DNA from: Octopus vulgaris
Lineage: Eukaryota
Direction of reading: 5' to 3'
Assembly: GCA_951406725.2 (NCBI GenBank)
Contig: OX597817.1
Location: forward strand, 160,766,001-160,830,000
Length of the DNA: 64,000 bases
The position numbers and the translations under genes were made by a program. Each line of letters begins with the position of its first letter. Position 1 is the first letter of the stretch. Below are positions 13,621 through 26,048 of this stretch, piece by piece. The notes below the pieces were generated by a model. It was not told the DNA's origin. It saw only the letters and a program-made list of their open reading frames with translations, and did no database searches.

Positions 13621-14721
13621 AACATATATGGGTGTATGAAACAAGTAACATAGCATTCAATACAAAATGTAGAGGAGGAACCATCAAAGTGAAACTAATA
13701 ATTGTCACTTTCCCAAATAACACACACACATGCAACATAAGAGCAAATCATTAATTACCCACAAAGCCCTTATGATTTTTCCCACACTCATGAAATTTAA
13801 TACAACATGCATCAATTCATGTAGACCTCATCTAGTTATGCTAAAGAAGAGCAGTAATCAGAGAACTGGTTTTTACTTCTGTGCTAAATTTTTTAAAATT
13901 TATTATGCCAATGGAGATCTTAAAGATATGAGTATATATTTTTTTTATTTTGACATATCCCTCTCTTGCTTTTCAATTTACTTCAACTCTCTTTTTGATT
14001 GAGAATCAAGCTAGATAGTCTATAACAGCAAATTCATTCAACTAATAGAAAATAGATTATTGAAAACTGTTCTTCCTTGGAGTAAACACAAACCAGAGCG
14101 TCCATTGTCAGCATAATAATAAAGATAACTTATTTAATGCTTCAAGTTCAAATTTGTACTATAGTGAGTAGGAGAGCTTCTACTCGTAGTACAGTTATGT
14201 TTTATCTATCAATAGAAGAAAGTTTTTTCACACCACTCCAGTGTGGGAGAAAAACAACAGTGCATTCAAACAGAAATACCGCATGGTATTTACATCTGAC
14301 CAAGCTATCTCACCTTTTGCCAATTTCCACTTTACATTTTATATCTCACAAGATAAGTAACAAATAAAGTACTTGGTTTGATATAATTGTCTAAAACTTC
14401 CTGAAGAAATGCTCCAGTATGGCTGCATTCTAATGACTGAAACCGGTAAAATAGGAATAAAAGAAACACACAAATTATAAAATGTCAATCGTCCTCATGA
14501 GTCATAGCAGCAATTTGCATGCGTGTTTTAATGCTTTTCAGTTTCTTTGTTAATTTGACAAATATATTTCAAACTCTGTGCACGCATAAAATATATACCC
14601 ATATTATGTAGGAGTTTGAATGAAATCATTTTGACTAAGAAGAAAGTGTAGTTTTAAAATTCTTAAAATTTATCCACATTTCTAAAGAAACTACAAATCA
14701 TATCCCAAAATTAGTGGTCAT

Positions 14722-15019
14722 CAGTAGGAAACTGGCCAGGTTGCCAGCTTTCTCAATGGCAAGTGGGCCCCAGCGCCATTAGAATCCATATATGGGGGCC
14801 CGTGTTAGTATCTAAGGGGCCCATTCCCTCAAGTCTGAAAATTTTTTATTCACTCCTGGAAGAATGCATAAATTATTTCAGCCTAGCTGTGTTTATAGAC
14901 AGTTGAAAAGAATACTTTTAACAAAAACAAAAGAAAAAAATTAAACGATAGCTTGGTAGTTGTGGGTGGGCCTCCTAATTCTCCTAGAAACAAATAGTTT
15001 TTGACCCAGTCCACCACTG
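14722..15019. mobile_element. hAT-type MITE
   Basis: Perfect 8-bp TSD GTGGTCAT (14714-14721, 15020-15027), imperfect TIRs CAGTAGGAAACTGG / CCAGTCCACCACTG, and internal GGGCCC motifs. Confidence 0.8.
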
Positions 15020-15933
15020 GTGGTCATACTTTATAATTTCTGTAAGCATGGAATTCCATAACCTAAGGTAAAATGCATTCAGTCCACTCTGTAAAGTGGT
15101 TGGCATTTGGAAGGACATCCAGCTGTAAAAACCATGTCAAAATTGACCTCACCTATGTTGGTGCCACGTATAAAGCACTAAGTCCACTCAGTAGAGTAGT
15201 TGGTGTTAGGAAGGGCATCCAGCCATAAAAACACTGCCAAAACAGACACAGCAGCCTGGGGTAATCTTCTATCTGGCTGGCTTCTATCAACCATCCTACC
15301 CATGAATGCATGGAAGACAGACATTAAATGATAATGATGATGAAGATAAACGTAGCTATAATGTGAGGACACCAAGAGCATCAGAGTTTTAGGAAAGTAC
15401 AAACCCACATTCATGGGCAGTTGTTGCACTGAATCAGTATCAAAGAACAGTTGCAAGCAAAGTACAGAAATAAATTCATACATGAACATTTTCTCTTTTT
15501 TTCTTTTTAAAGTCAAAGCTTTAGGTGCAAATAAAGTTTTCTATTAAACAAGTGGATTTTTGTAATAATTGCAAACTCTTCATTTTGATACTATTTTTAC
15601 TTTGGGGCCAATTTTTTAATCTGTCAATAGCAGAAATTTTTTGGCTTTGCAAGTTATTTTTTAAACAACTGATTTGTTATGCAAATAGACCGTCCTATTT
15701 TCTTCGTTTCTATGCTCTTATTCTGCAAAAGACTTTTTGTGTTATTTTCTTCCATTTTTCAACTTATAAGTGACTGCATACTTGGTGCATTCAACTGACA
15801 TATTCAGTTACACTCAAACAACATTAAACAAACAAGAAGATACATGGCATACATTAAGAGGATATTGAATTTTGAAACAGAAATATAGTATTATCAATAT
15901 TATTCAAAACATAAACAAGTTAACTAAAATAAC

Positions 15934-15996
<63 letters not shown>

Positions 15997-16072
15997 CATA
16001 TCTATGTATATATATGTATGTATATACATCTATGTTTATATATGTATGTGTATATGCATATACATATATATA

Positions 16073-16399
16073 CTAGCACTATGACCCAGCATATACAGCT
16101 GCGTGCGTGCACACATACACGCGAGTACTGTCCAAATCTCTGACCGATCACATACAGCTAGCTGGCATTCAATTGGTGTATCAAGTTTCAGGCATTTTGA
16201 TTGGGTTTTGGATAGAAAATTCACAAAAAAATCACTTCTATTGATTTTTTAATAGCTTTGCGGGGTGATTGGAGAAATGTAAAGATGTGCACGACCAGCC
16301 TTGGATGGTTTTAAATAACCATAGAAAGTGCGAGCCCTCTAACTGAAAAATTGTGGATTTGTATAAAAGACACACACACAGACAGACATTTTGCCATTT

Positions 16400-16410
<11 letters not shown>
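16073..16410 (-). mobile_element. Older non-autonomous Helitron of a different family
   Basis: One end is ACTAGCACTATGACCCAGC and the other is cagacagacattttgccatttatatata, the same architecture as the other Helitrons. Confidence 0.5.
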
Positions 16411-16430
<20 letters not shown>

Positions 16431-16459
16431 CATGCTTGACCATCATGCTTGAATGCTAA

Positions 16460-16600
16460 ATCCACAAGTTTTTTTTTTCTCTCTGTTTATTTTCTTTTAT
16501 TCCTTTCTACTGAAGAGAGTAGGCTCGAAAATTAAAAGAATTTTCACTTTCCTGAGCATCAAACTAATACACCTCCTTATTGTTCATACACCTGTCTTCG
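16460..16600 (+). mobile_element. Second, diverged copy of the 6640-6800 PLE-like family with a hammerhead-like core
   Basis: CTGAAGA-gagtaggctc-GAAA-atta...tttcctgagc...ctaatac...cacctgtcttcg aligns with 6698-6800. Confidence 0.55.
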
Positions 16601-16604
16601 ATTC

Positions 16605-16988
16605 TCTTTGAGAGAAAACAATATGCTTTTAAATGGAGTTAAGTTTGATTTGATCCACTTTGGGAAGGAGGAAACTGAAATTACCATATGCTCTTCCCTC
16701 GGGCGACTTCCTCGTGTCATCCAACAATACCAGAGATCTTGGAGTGATTGTTGATAACAATCTAAGCTGGAATTCCCACATAAACAGCAAGGTTGACTTG
16801 GCCCGCAAGATGTGCTCCTGGATTCTGAGAACTTTCCAGTCTAGAGATGCCTATACCATCATCCTTCTTTATTCTGCTTTTGTCCAACCTCACCTTGAGT
16901 GCTGTTGCCCAATGTAGTCCCCCATACGAAACAACTCATTATGAAAGTAGAAGCACTCCAGAGGTCCATAACAAGAAAGATAGACATA
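16605..16988 (+). mobile_element. LINE reverse-transcriptase C-terminal fragment (CR1/Jockey group)
   Basis: RDLGVIVDNNLSWNSHI...ARKMCSWILRTFQSRD...LYSAFVQPHLECCCPM*SPH...VEALQRSITRKI. Confidence 0.85.
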
Positions 16989-17099
16989 ATTTAATTTTCT
17001 CAAATTGTTAATTTGCAAATATTATACTAATGTATTTTCATGCAGAACTACCCCTTTGTAGAGGTCACCATCCTTAAACTCATTCCAATACAATAGTAA

Positions 17100-17990
17100 A
17101 AGGAAAAAATAATTAAATAAATGAATGGTGAATAGGAATTTCAAGCTAATGTTAAAGGGTGTGTTTCAGAGAGTTATACTTTCAAGAAGGAAGCATTGGA
17201 AAAATGCTGTTTGTAGTAGGAAGGAAAAAGATAGAGATGTGGATGCAACATGTAGAATTGGTTGAAACAGCTCACAACTTACTAGTTCAGAAGAGAAAAG
17301 ACCTTTAGGAGTAAAGAGTCACAGAAAATTTATTTGAGAGCTGACAGTTTCAGTGTATCAGCAGATCGCATTTTTTTAGAGGTAAAAATACATGATAGAA
17401 TGGTTGTATGTGTGTGTGGTATCAGCACAGTGTGAAATATATGAGCAGTACTCTAGTTTGGTTTGCTCATCAATTCTTCAGAGTTGAAGTATATTCTGGT
17501 ACTGAAGAGAATGCCTAGCCTTTGAGAAGTATTGACTACAGGAATGGTGACATTTAGCATTTGTAGATAATTTTAAGGTTTTAATTATGTGAGTTATAAA
17601 TAGACAAGGTGTAGGTGTGTCTCTGTTTCTGCAGTGAATATATCCTGGTGTTGTTGAAAGAGAGTAGATTGTCGTTCTCATTGAAGAATATTATTGAGTC
17701 ATTGTTCATGAAAGAGATGTATGTTTTGTGGAGGTGTTTGAATTGTTTGTGGGGAAAGAGTGAAGGGTAGAACAGTCTGTATTGTAGGTAGAGGTCACAT
17801 GAAGGATGTTGTTACTACAAAGAAAGAAAATAGAGGGGGTATTCAAACTGAAAGCATAAGGGTTGGAGAGAGCCCATAGATATGCAGAAATAGAGTGGTT
17901 ACACAAGAAACTTCCATTTGAATAAATAACGGGTGAGTACACCTCAAAGACAAACAAGTGGATGATAAAGAGGGAAGGGGGATAAAAAGA
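17100..17990 (-). mobile_element. Probable decayed LINE ORF2 remnant
   Basis: Strongly purine-skewed block with broken minus-strand ORFs. No clean motif was recognised. Confidence 0.25.
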
Positions 17991-18119
17991 AAACAGATAA
18001 CCAGTTCAATGAAGGAACTTATTGATATGTTTCTAAAAACAAAAATATTAAATATTATGATTTACGAAGCAACAGTTATGTTGAAATTTAAGTAAACCAA
18101 CAATTATGCAGAAACTTAA

Positions 18120-18971
18120 CCCCTTAATGGATTATCCCGAGTTTACTTGTGCATCACAAATGTATCTTTTTAGAACCAGACGAGTATACTCGGTCAAAAT
18201 TAACTTTTAATTTTAACACTCAAACAAGTTTATTTGTTTTGTGGTGTTTCATTTCTGAGCAATCACGAATTTACTCACGTTGTTTAAAAAAAAAATAAAT
18301 ATTTTTTTCATTTGATGGATTTGGCTATCTGGAATGCTTATGTTTTGCATAAAGCATCTTTGGAAACTTCAGCTTCTGCTATGAAACTGTTGAAATTTAG
18401 AATGCAAATAATCACCAAGATCATTGAAAAATATAGGCCCTTATTGCCTCCCATGAAACCAGGAAGACCATCATCAATCCCACATCCAACAAGATTTGCC
18501 CCAGCTGGTCACTTTCCCATGGAAATACCACCAAGTGATAAGAAAAAAGAACCCTACAAGACAGTGTGGAAAATGCGCAGAGAAGAAAGACGCTAAAGGA
18601 AAGAAGATTCGAAGAGAAAGCAGATACATGTGTGATGTCTGCAAGATAACTTTGTGCGTAACTCCTTGTTTTGAAAATTATCATTCTAAATAAACTACCT
18701 CATTTAAAAAAAAATTTCCTTTGATTTAAAAGCAATACATCTTATAAAAAATTGAAGATAGTTAAGTTATATGTATTTTTTCAATGTCTGAGTTAACTCA
18801 TTTAAATCCAAATGAGTAAAACTACATTTTAATTTCTATAATAAAAAATAAAGGAAACAAGATAAAAAAAACTTTTTTTGTAATTAACACAGTGTATATA
18901 ATTAAAAAAAGAAATAAAAAAATATGCTCTGAAATGAAACACCATGTCAAAATAATCGATCCATTAAGGGG
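18120..18971 (+). mobile_element. Internally deleted piggyBac transposon (PGBD4-like C-terminus)
   Basis: TTAA TSDs at 18116-18119 and 18972-18975; 13-bp TIR CCCCTTAATGGAT. The frameshifted ORF at 18300-18693 runs from FFHLMDLAIWNAYVLHK to the cysteine-rich domain CGKC...SRYMCDVCKITLCVTPCFENYH. Confidence 0.93.
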
Positions 18972-18979
18972 TTAACTAA

Positions 18980-19440
18980 ACATATGGTGACTGAAAGGCA
19001 TAACATAAGGAACGCAATTTGGAAAAATAAAGATCAATACAATACAGAGGAAGCACCAGCACAAAATGGAATACCATATGGAGGGCTAAATAGGGATGGT
19101 GGTACAATGCGAACAATATGCTGTATGTAAGGAAAACAATGTTAAGGGGGGCATGATATGGGAAAATCAATAAAATTTTGAATTAATATGGAATGATAAA
19201 TACAATATGGAAATATTAATGAAACATAGAAGGGAAGCAATAGGAAGGAAATGCAATATGGAGATAATGTAATATTAATATCACACAAGAATGGGGAAAA
19301 CTGATACAATATGGAAGTCATACAATAAAGAAGGTATTACAACATGGAGGGAACAATGTGATAATAAGGCAATATGGTAGAATTAATAAATACATAGAGG
19401 GTACGCAATGAGGAGTTGAGAGGTATATGTTATGGAGATT
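18980..19440. repeat. Degenerate minisatellite with core ATACAATATGGA
   Basis: More than ten imperfect copies at irregular spacing, immediately right of the piggyBac. Confidence 0.55.
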
Positions 19441-20659
19441 ATAAAAAAACCCAGCCAAAAGCAGAAATATAGTTCTCTTTTTTTAACACTAACTAAAAGG
19501 TGGTAACATGATGGCAAGTTTATCATATCATTGGATAAGTAAGTTCACATGACACAACTTGAAGTTCTTGAGAACAGCTGTTGAGTTAAATTTAAGAAAA
19601 AGAGTAAGGAAGACTCTATGAAGAATATATCACCTATTAGAAATGTATTTAATTAAAATCCAAACAAGAAAAATTAATTTTTCAGAAGGTCCTCTGGGAC
19701 ATACATGTTTTGGCTACTCTTTTAGACTTTATCTGCTTCAATCTACTATCACCACCACCACCACCACCACCATGAAAGTCTGGTTTGATTTAACAGGCTT
19801 TGAAATGTTGTTTATAGGGCTTGCAATATGTCACACATTTTTTATACCTTACTGAATAAAGTCAAAAAAGTAAAATAAAAGAAAATATCCTTTCTAAATT
19901 TTAGTATTTTTCTACCTGCTTACCCCAATGCTCTAAGTGCTTGTTTCCCCACCTCATTTCAAAATAAATGATAACTCCAGCATCAAAAACTGAAGCTAAA
20001 GACTAGAATTTTATGACACTAGTGATGGTCAGCATTGACAACAATCAGTTCAATAAAGTTTTAAAAATGGATATGCTATATAGATTTATCACATTTCTGC
20101 TCTTTGCAGTAAAATGCTAAACATATCTATCCTAAAAAAAACTTTGCATGTTGAATAGATTATTTAAGGAATATATTACCAACTCAATAATTAAAGCGCA
20201 TCATGTCACACTGAAACTTCAGTATAACATTAAGTGCTAAATATATACAAATTCCTATATTTTAAGGGTTACCAAAGATCATCAAGAAATATTTGATATT
20301 CATACTAAACACAAAAGGAGGAAGAGAAAGGTTAAAATAATTCAATAAAATATTTCATTTCTAACTATTCTTTTAAATTTAAACTTTCCTTCCATTTGAA
20401 TTCTTAACTCCCACACAATTTATTTCCAAAAAGTAAGAAATCCTTGCAAAAATATAGAAAAAGTTCCTGGTTTTGGTAAGTATTTTGTAAACATATGGTA
20501 ACTGAAAGGCATGCAAATGTTACATTAAGGTTATTTAGAAAACCTGATGAAAATACAAAAAGGTATCATAATAACAATATTTCTCTTTCTTATAAATTTG
20601 TCCTGCAGTTTTTTATATACTCAAAGAATGCAATGAAAATCTGAAAGTGATACACTTAC

Positions 20660-20869
20660 CAAATCTTCAGCAAAAAGTTCATTCTGTTTACCCTCATCAG
20701 CATGTTGATAAAATGCTTCATTGTTATCAGTCAAAAAACCAGAATAGCTGTCAGTTGCCTTTGCTTGCTCCCAGCTGAGTCCAAAACGATGCCAGTCTGG
20801 TTTCTTCTTTTCCTTCTTAGAGGAAGCACTCATTAAATTGGTAATCTCTGTGTCTGAATTCTCAGCCAT
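20660..20869 (-). CDS. First coding exon of unidentified protein ORF2 (MAENSDTEITNLMSASSKKEKKKPDWHRFGLSWEQAKATDSYSGFLTDNNEAFYQHADEGKQNELFAEDL)
   Basis: ATG in GAAATGG context with an in-frame TAA two codons upstream. 70 codons of normal-composition protein end at a perfect phase-0 donor TTG|GTAAGT (20659). No family recognised. Confidence 0.7.
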
Positions 20870-21503
20870 TTCTTACTTGAATCTTTTCAATGTGAAGCTA
20901 ACACATTGAAGCTAATTATGTAGCAGATACAGTAACATCAATAAGAGGCTGGTTCCTTACGACACAAATGTAACAATGTATAAAAAAAAAAGAAATAAAT
21001 CAAAACACGTGATGAGGATGGAGCAGCATTTAGAAAGATCCTGGACATGCTGTCTCCTTAGGACAGTTTATAATTGCAAAGATTGTTTGGTTTCAAGCAT
21101 CTTTTCATAAATACAAAAACAGAAATGAGGATCCTTTTCACTGCTTTATCTTTTCATGTATCACAGACAACAGTATCAATAATAAGTATATGTTTTGAAG
21201 AAGTAGCGGTAGAGGCAGCAACAGCAGCAGTATTTGCAGGGATAGCAACAGTAGCAGTAGATGCTGCAGTGGTAATGTAACATTTATATATAAACAAAGG
21301 CAGGTTAGCTGACATGATTAATCATTAGTGGATAAGTGCAGGAGATAAAAATCTGAGATGAAGTAATTAAAAATCCATATTCCTTTTCTTATAATTTTTC
21401 TCTTATATTTTACACATATGAAAGCCACCTGTTTGTAGAATTAAAATTAGGTTTCGGTTTCAGTAGTGTTTATATGCTGTTACGTGCATTGCCAGTGTTG
21501 TCA

Positions 21504-21534
<31 letters not shown>

Positions 21535-21610
21535 AAGCAAAGTTACCCTTTTACTGAATAGCTGCTTTGGTAATATTGATTTTGTATGTCAAGAGTAAAG
21601 CAGACAGTAA

Positions 21611-21708
21611 TTAAATTACAGCACACAGCTGAGCTTTCTCCGTGGATAAAGATGAAAATGAAGCAGCTATATCATCGTCCTGTATCATTTTAGAGAGCTT
21701 AGCAGCAT
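21611..21708 (-). CDS. 3' part of small ORF1 ending in CaaX (DAAKLSKMIQDDDIAASFSSLSTEKAQLCAVI*); minimal AUG version 21688-21611, 25 aa
   Basis: Strong acceptor ccttattttcag|21708. Open frame to TAA at 21613-21611 with terminal CAVI. In-frame ATG at 21688 has A at -3. Confidence 0.4.
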
Positions 21709-24161
21709 CTGAAAATAAGGTGGAAGGAAAATATTAATATCACAATCAGAGAAGAAGAAGAAGAAGAAAAATATTAGGTGTGACATTATCAAATAGAATT
21801 GAAATTGGTTTGCAAATGGAAACATATCTAAAATCTATATTGTAGTTAGTTGAAACAAAATGTTGCCAAGTTAAAGATACAGATTTGTCAATCTGGAAAG
21901 GTTAAGTTCAAATCTATCGGGTTGTCAGTCACTAATTAGGAGGAAAAAATATCAGTTTTCGTATTTTGATTTCTTACCTTCAAATGTTGGTGTGTGTGTG
22001 TACATGCACGCATACCCATGTGTGTGTGTGCACGTGCATGCATACCTGTGTGTGTGTGTATGTGTGTGCATGATGAGGTAGAATGACAGTGAAGTCATAG
22101 TGCTAGACAACTCCTGCAATAAGGAGTTCAAACCTGAATGCAGAATTATATGGTGCAATTAGGCTAGATACATAAATCTCTTCGGCTCAGCCTACCTGGT
22201 AACAGTATGTTTTATTTCTGCAGCATAATTGTTCTAACAATATATAAATATTTAGTCTTAGAGGGCCTGCAAAGGTCATCAACCTTACTCTTCGTCCTAA
22301 CTAAGAATGGCAAAAAAATTATCCCACATTTATTAGTATAGAAAAACAAATGCAACACACATTTATATGGATGCATGCAAATGTGTGTGTGTGTGTTCAT
22401 ACAAGGATGTATGCAATCTTCTAGGACACATCTTTGTTTTTATAAAAAAAATAAGGTTAACTATATTGACTATTTCATTGACACATGCACATGCATGCAC
22501 ACACATATGTATGAACACAGAGAGAGGATAAAGATGTGTCTATTTTAAGCAAATGGTTTGTAAACACATGTTGCACACATTCCTATATGTAGTGGTGTTC
22601 AGTGAATAGTTAAAAGGTAGCTACAAGTGTGGCTGGAATAAAAACCACTGATGCAAACAGAGAAAAAACTGCAGAATGTTCAACTGTAATTTGAAACCTT
22701 TGTCCTCCATTCATATTTAAGCATTATATATCAGTTCATATCTGAACTTCAGACTAAACAGAGACAGAAACTTTATAAAGGAGGACATGGTTGAATGAAT
22801 TGACATTACTAAGTGATTAGTACTTTTTTTATCAGCTCCAGGGAGATGAATTACAAACTGCACTTAGATTGGTTTCGAACTGACTACAAAGGGGCTTAAC
22901 TCAAGACTACAAACATTTTTGTCTGACACTATCATTTTGGTTACTCTTCTAAAAAGAAGATCACACATTTTTGGTGTAAAGAATACTTGATTCAACTAAT
23001 CATAAAACATGAGAACTAGATTTTGTATCAAATAAAAAGAAAACTAGTTCAAATTGTGGTTTAGTTCTGTTTATCTGGTTACAACTGCTGTGCACCTGAG
23101 CACTGTATACAATCATTCATTATTATTATTGTAACTGAATGATTTTATTAAACCTAGAGGTATAAAATGTGACTCAAATAGATCCTGCTTATCTAGTTAT
23201 TACTCATGCTACAAAAACATGTAAAATTCAATATTATACCTTTGATTAGTGTATATAACACTGATATTTTATACATATATCTGATTAAGAAGTGATAAAT
23301 ATAAACATGTATTTGTGTGGTGACTAAATATTTTGGTATGTGTATAGTGATTGTACACATTTATAAAAGTGTGTGTATATCTAAGCACAAATATGTGTAT
23401 AAGTGTAAGTGCAAATGTGAATGTGTAAGTGGAATTGCAAGTGTAAAAAAATTAGTAAATTAGAAGAAACTTTCTTATTAGGTTTGATCATCTGAAATGG
23501 CTGACACTCCTTACTTACAATGTCTTCTTCACATTTAGACATTAAAAAGATAATATTATTTGTAGTTATAATAGTTAATTATAATTAAACCAAAGCACGG
23601 AGGTGAAGAGTTAACTAATAGTACTTCAGAAATATGAAACCAGCAAATTGCAACATTAATGAAGGAGTCAACCTGCCAAATATCCCTAAAATCATACAAC
23701 CTCCATTAATAAAGAGTTTATGTGCCTCTAATGAGAGGATTTGATGAGCCACCTATATAGTCCAGAGCAATAAAAGACATGAAACCAATAATATAGGCAT
23801 GATTGTATGGTAAGAAGCTTGCTTCCCAACCACATGGTTCTGAGTTCAGTCCCACATTGTGGCACCTTGGGCAAGTGTCTTCTACTATAGCCTCAGGCCA
23901 ACCAAAGCCTTGTGAGTGGATTTGGTAGACAGAAACTGAAAGAAACCCATCGTGTGTGTATATATATATATATAATAATAAATATTAGGGAATAAATCCA
24001 AATTTACAGGGAAAAATCAGATTTAGGATTGAATCCAATTTTATAGTAAAATATTATATAATATTAATTAGAGACAAAACCACTATTTTGCAAATCAAAC
24101 AAAGAAAGACTTAATCCAATACATAAAAAAATTTAATATAAATTAAATAAAATTAAATTCG

Positions 24162-24207
24162 CCACTACAATTGTTTCAAGTCTCTTCTAAGGACATTCAT
24201 CAGGTGG
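24162..24207 (-). ncRNA. Mirror copy of the hammerhead ribozyme in the left arm of the palindrome
   Basis: The reverse complement reads ccac-CTGATGA-atgtccttagaagagactt-GAAA-caattg-TA-gtgg. Confidence 0.85.
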
Positions 24208-24270
24208 ATTTCAGATCTTCTATTCAATTTTAAGTTAAAATAACTTATAATTGAATAGAAGATCTGAAAT

Positions 24271-24316
24271 CCACCTGATGACTGTCCTTAGAAGAGACTT
24301 GAAACAATTGTAGTGG
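24271..24316 (+). ncRNA. Minimal type-I hammerhead ribozyme in the right arm of the palindrome
   Basis: ccac-CTGATGA-ctgtccttagaagagactt-GAAA-caattg-TA-gtgg. Stem I ccac/gtgg, palindromic stem III. Confidence 0.85.
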
Positions 24317-24410
24317 CGAATTTAATTTTATTTAATTTATATTAAATTTTTTTATGTATTGGATTAAGTCTTTCTTTGTTTGATTTGCAAAATAGTGGTT
24401 TTGTCTCTAA

Positions 24411-24452
<42 letters not shown>

Positions 24453-24651
24453 TTGTGCGACTGTTTGTTCCCCGACCATCACTTGACAACCGATGCCGGT
24501 GTGTTTACTTCTCCATAACTTAGCAGTTCGCCAAAAGAGACCGCTAGAATAAGTACTAGGCTTACAAAGAATAAGTTTTGGGGGTCAATTTTTTCGAATA
24601 AAGGTGGTGCTCCAGCATGGCCACAGTCAAATGACTGTAACAAGTAAAAGA

Positions 24652-24688
<37 letters not shown>

Positions 24689-25010
24689 TATATCTATACA
24701 TACATATATATATAAACCAAAAATAAAAAGCATCAAAGGTCCTTCATGAGCCATAGGCTCATGTGGCTAGTTTCCCAAATCCTGTGGTGTATGTATTCAC
24801 TCCTGGATGGGATGCCAGTCTGTTACAAGGTTACTCATTTTTGCCAGCTGAATGAACTGGAGCAATGTGAAGTCAAATGTTTTGCTCAAGGACACAACAC
24901 ATCAACTGGTCTAGGAATCAAAACTACAATTTTATGATCATGAGTGCAACAGCCTAAGCACTAAGCCATATACTTCCACAAATATATACATACATACATA
25001 CATACATTCA

Positions 25011-25047
<37 letters not shown>

Positions 25048-25049
<2 letters not shown>

Positions 25050-25281
25050 TCTGAATTTTATAGTGTTAACTATCCATCACAGCTGGTCTTACTAATCGGT
25101 TTCGCATGAAATTATATAATATACGCTTGTCAGAGATAGCTGACATGGAAGGGGAAATGGCAACCACTCTCCACTGGTCACCATTTGCCCTTCCATGTTG
25201 GCTATCTCTGATGAGTGTATATTATATAACTGATTGGTAAGACCAGCCATGATTGATAATTAACACAATAAAATTCAGACA
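25048..25281. repeat. Diverged fold-back element with complementary-defective hammerheads
   Basis: tgtctgaatttta...ggcaacca / tggtcacc...taaaattcagaca. The left arm (-) has CTGACAA...GAAA-ccgattag-TA. The right arm (+) has CTGATGA but a 12-nt deletion removes GAAA. Confidence 0.85.
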
Positions 25282-25442
25282 ATATACCCACTCAACTAAG
25301 TTATACAAGTGCATCTTCTCCCTGACTTATGGTCTCTTAGGTGACTCAAGCAGTATATATATATATATATAAAATGGATGATAAAACGAATGGTTTACAC
25401 CTGATAGCTTACCGGTAAAGCATGGTCAGAGTGATTGTCAGG

Positions 25443-25870
25443 TAAATAGCAACTGAAAGACAGAAGATGGAATATTTGAGAATATATTATTAATCACAAC
25501 AATTGTTTCGACACATCTAACATTGATTCCTCTTGTAAGACACTCAACAACTGGTTCAGGAGTATCCGGTGGTACAGATGTATCTCTTTGGGTGATAAAT
25601 ATAAAAAAAAACTCGTTAAGATGACTGTTCCACAATGTAACTTACTGTTTTATAGAGAGAAAAACAGAAAGTTGCATTGTGGAACAGTCATTTTAACGAG
25701 TTTTTTAAATTTATTTGTCACCCAATGACATACATCTGCACCACCGGATACTCCTGAACCAGTTGTTGAGTGTCCCACAAGAAGAATCAATGCTAGATGT
25801 GTCAAAACAATTGTTGTGATTAATAATATATTTTCGTATATTCCATCTTCTGTCTTTCATTTGTTATTTA
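25443..25870. repeat. Diverged fold-back element with about 208-bp arms
   Basis: taaatagcaactgaaagacagaagatgg...ctgtttt / aaaacag...ccatcttctgtctttcatttgttattta. Contains GAAA-caattg-TT-gtg, a hammerhead-like 3' half with a decayed 5' core. Confidence 0.85.
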
Positions 25871-26014
25871 TTTATATGTGTGTGTGTGTATTAATAATGA
25901 TAAGGAGACTGGAGATTTTTCACATCCATAATTTTATCTGACAGCTATTTACAGCATTAAAAGATGCAAGATTATGTCCCTATAAACTCATTTATATATA
26001 TATATATACATATG

Positions 26015-26048
<34 letters not shown>

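Larger units (their letters stand above)
24055..24423. repeat. Near-perfect palindrome with about 183-bp arms (3-nt loop at 24238-24240), inserted in the (TA)n of a SINE
   Basis: The arms are reverse complements with only about 2 mismatches seen. It carries two hammerheads. The SINE halves lie at about 23795-23955 and 24455-24652. Confidence 0.92.
23795..24652 (+). mobile_element. SINE family A split by the palindromic insertion
   Basis: 5' half at 23795-23955 and 3' half at 24455-24652. Confidence 0.85.

Noticed and set aside
20675-20730. NNEAFYQHADEGKQNELF resembles the two-pore channel 1 motif NYQEAAIYLQEGENNDKF
   Set aside because: The spacing differs and the conserved residues are absent. 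The similarity is too short to assign TPC1.
21074-21280. Plus-strand ORF with an Ala/Val-rich tail
   Set aside because: It starts at TTG, derives from a GCA/GTA triplet tract and is antisense to the supported transcript.
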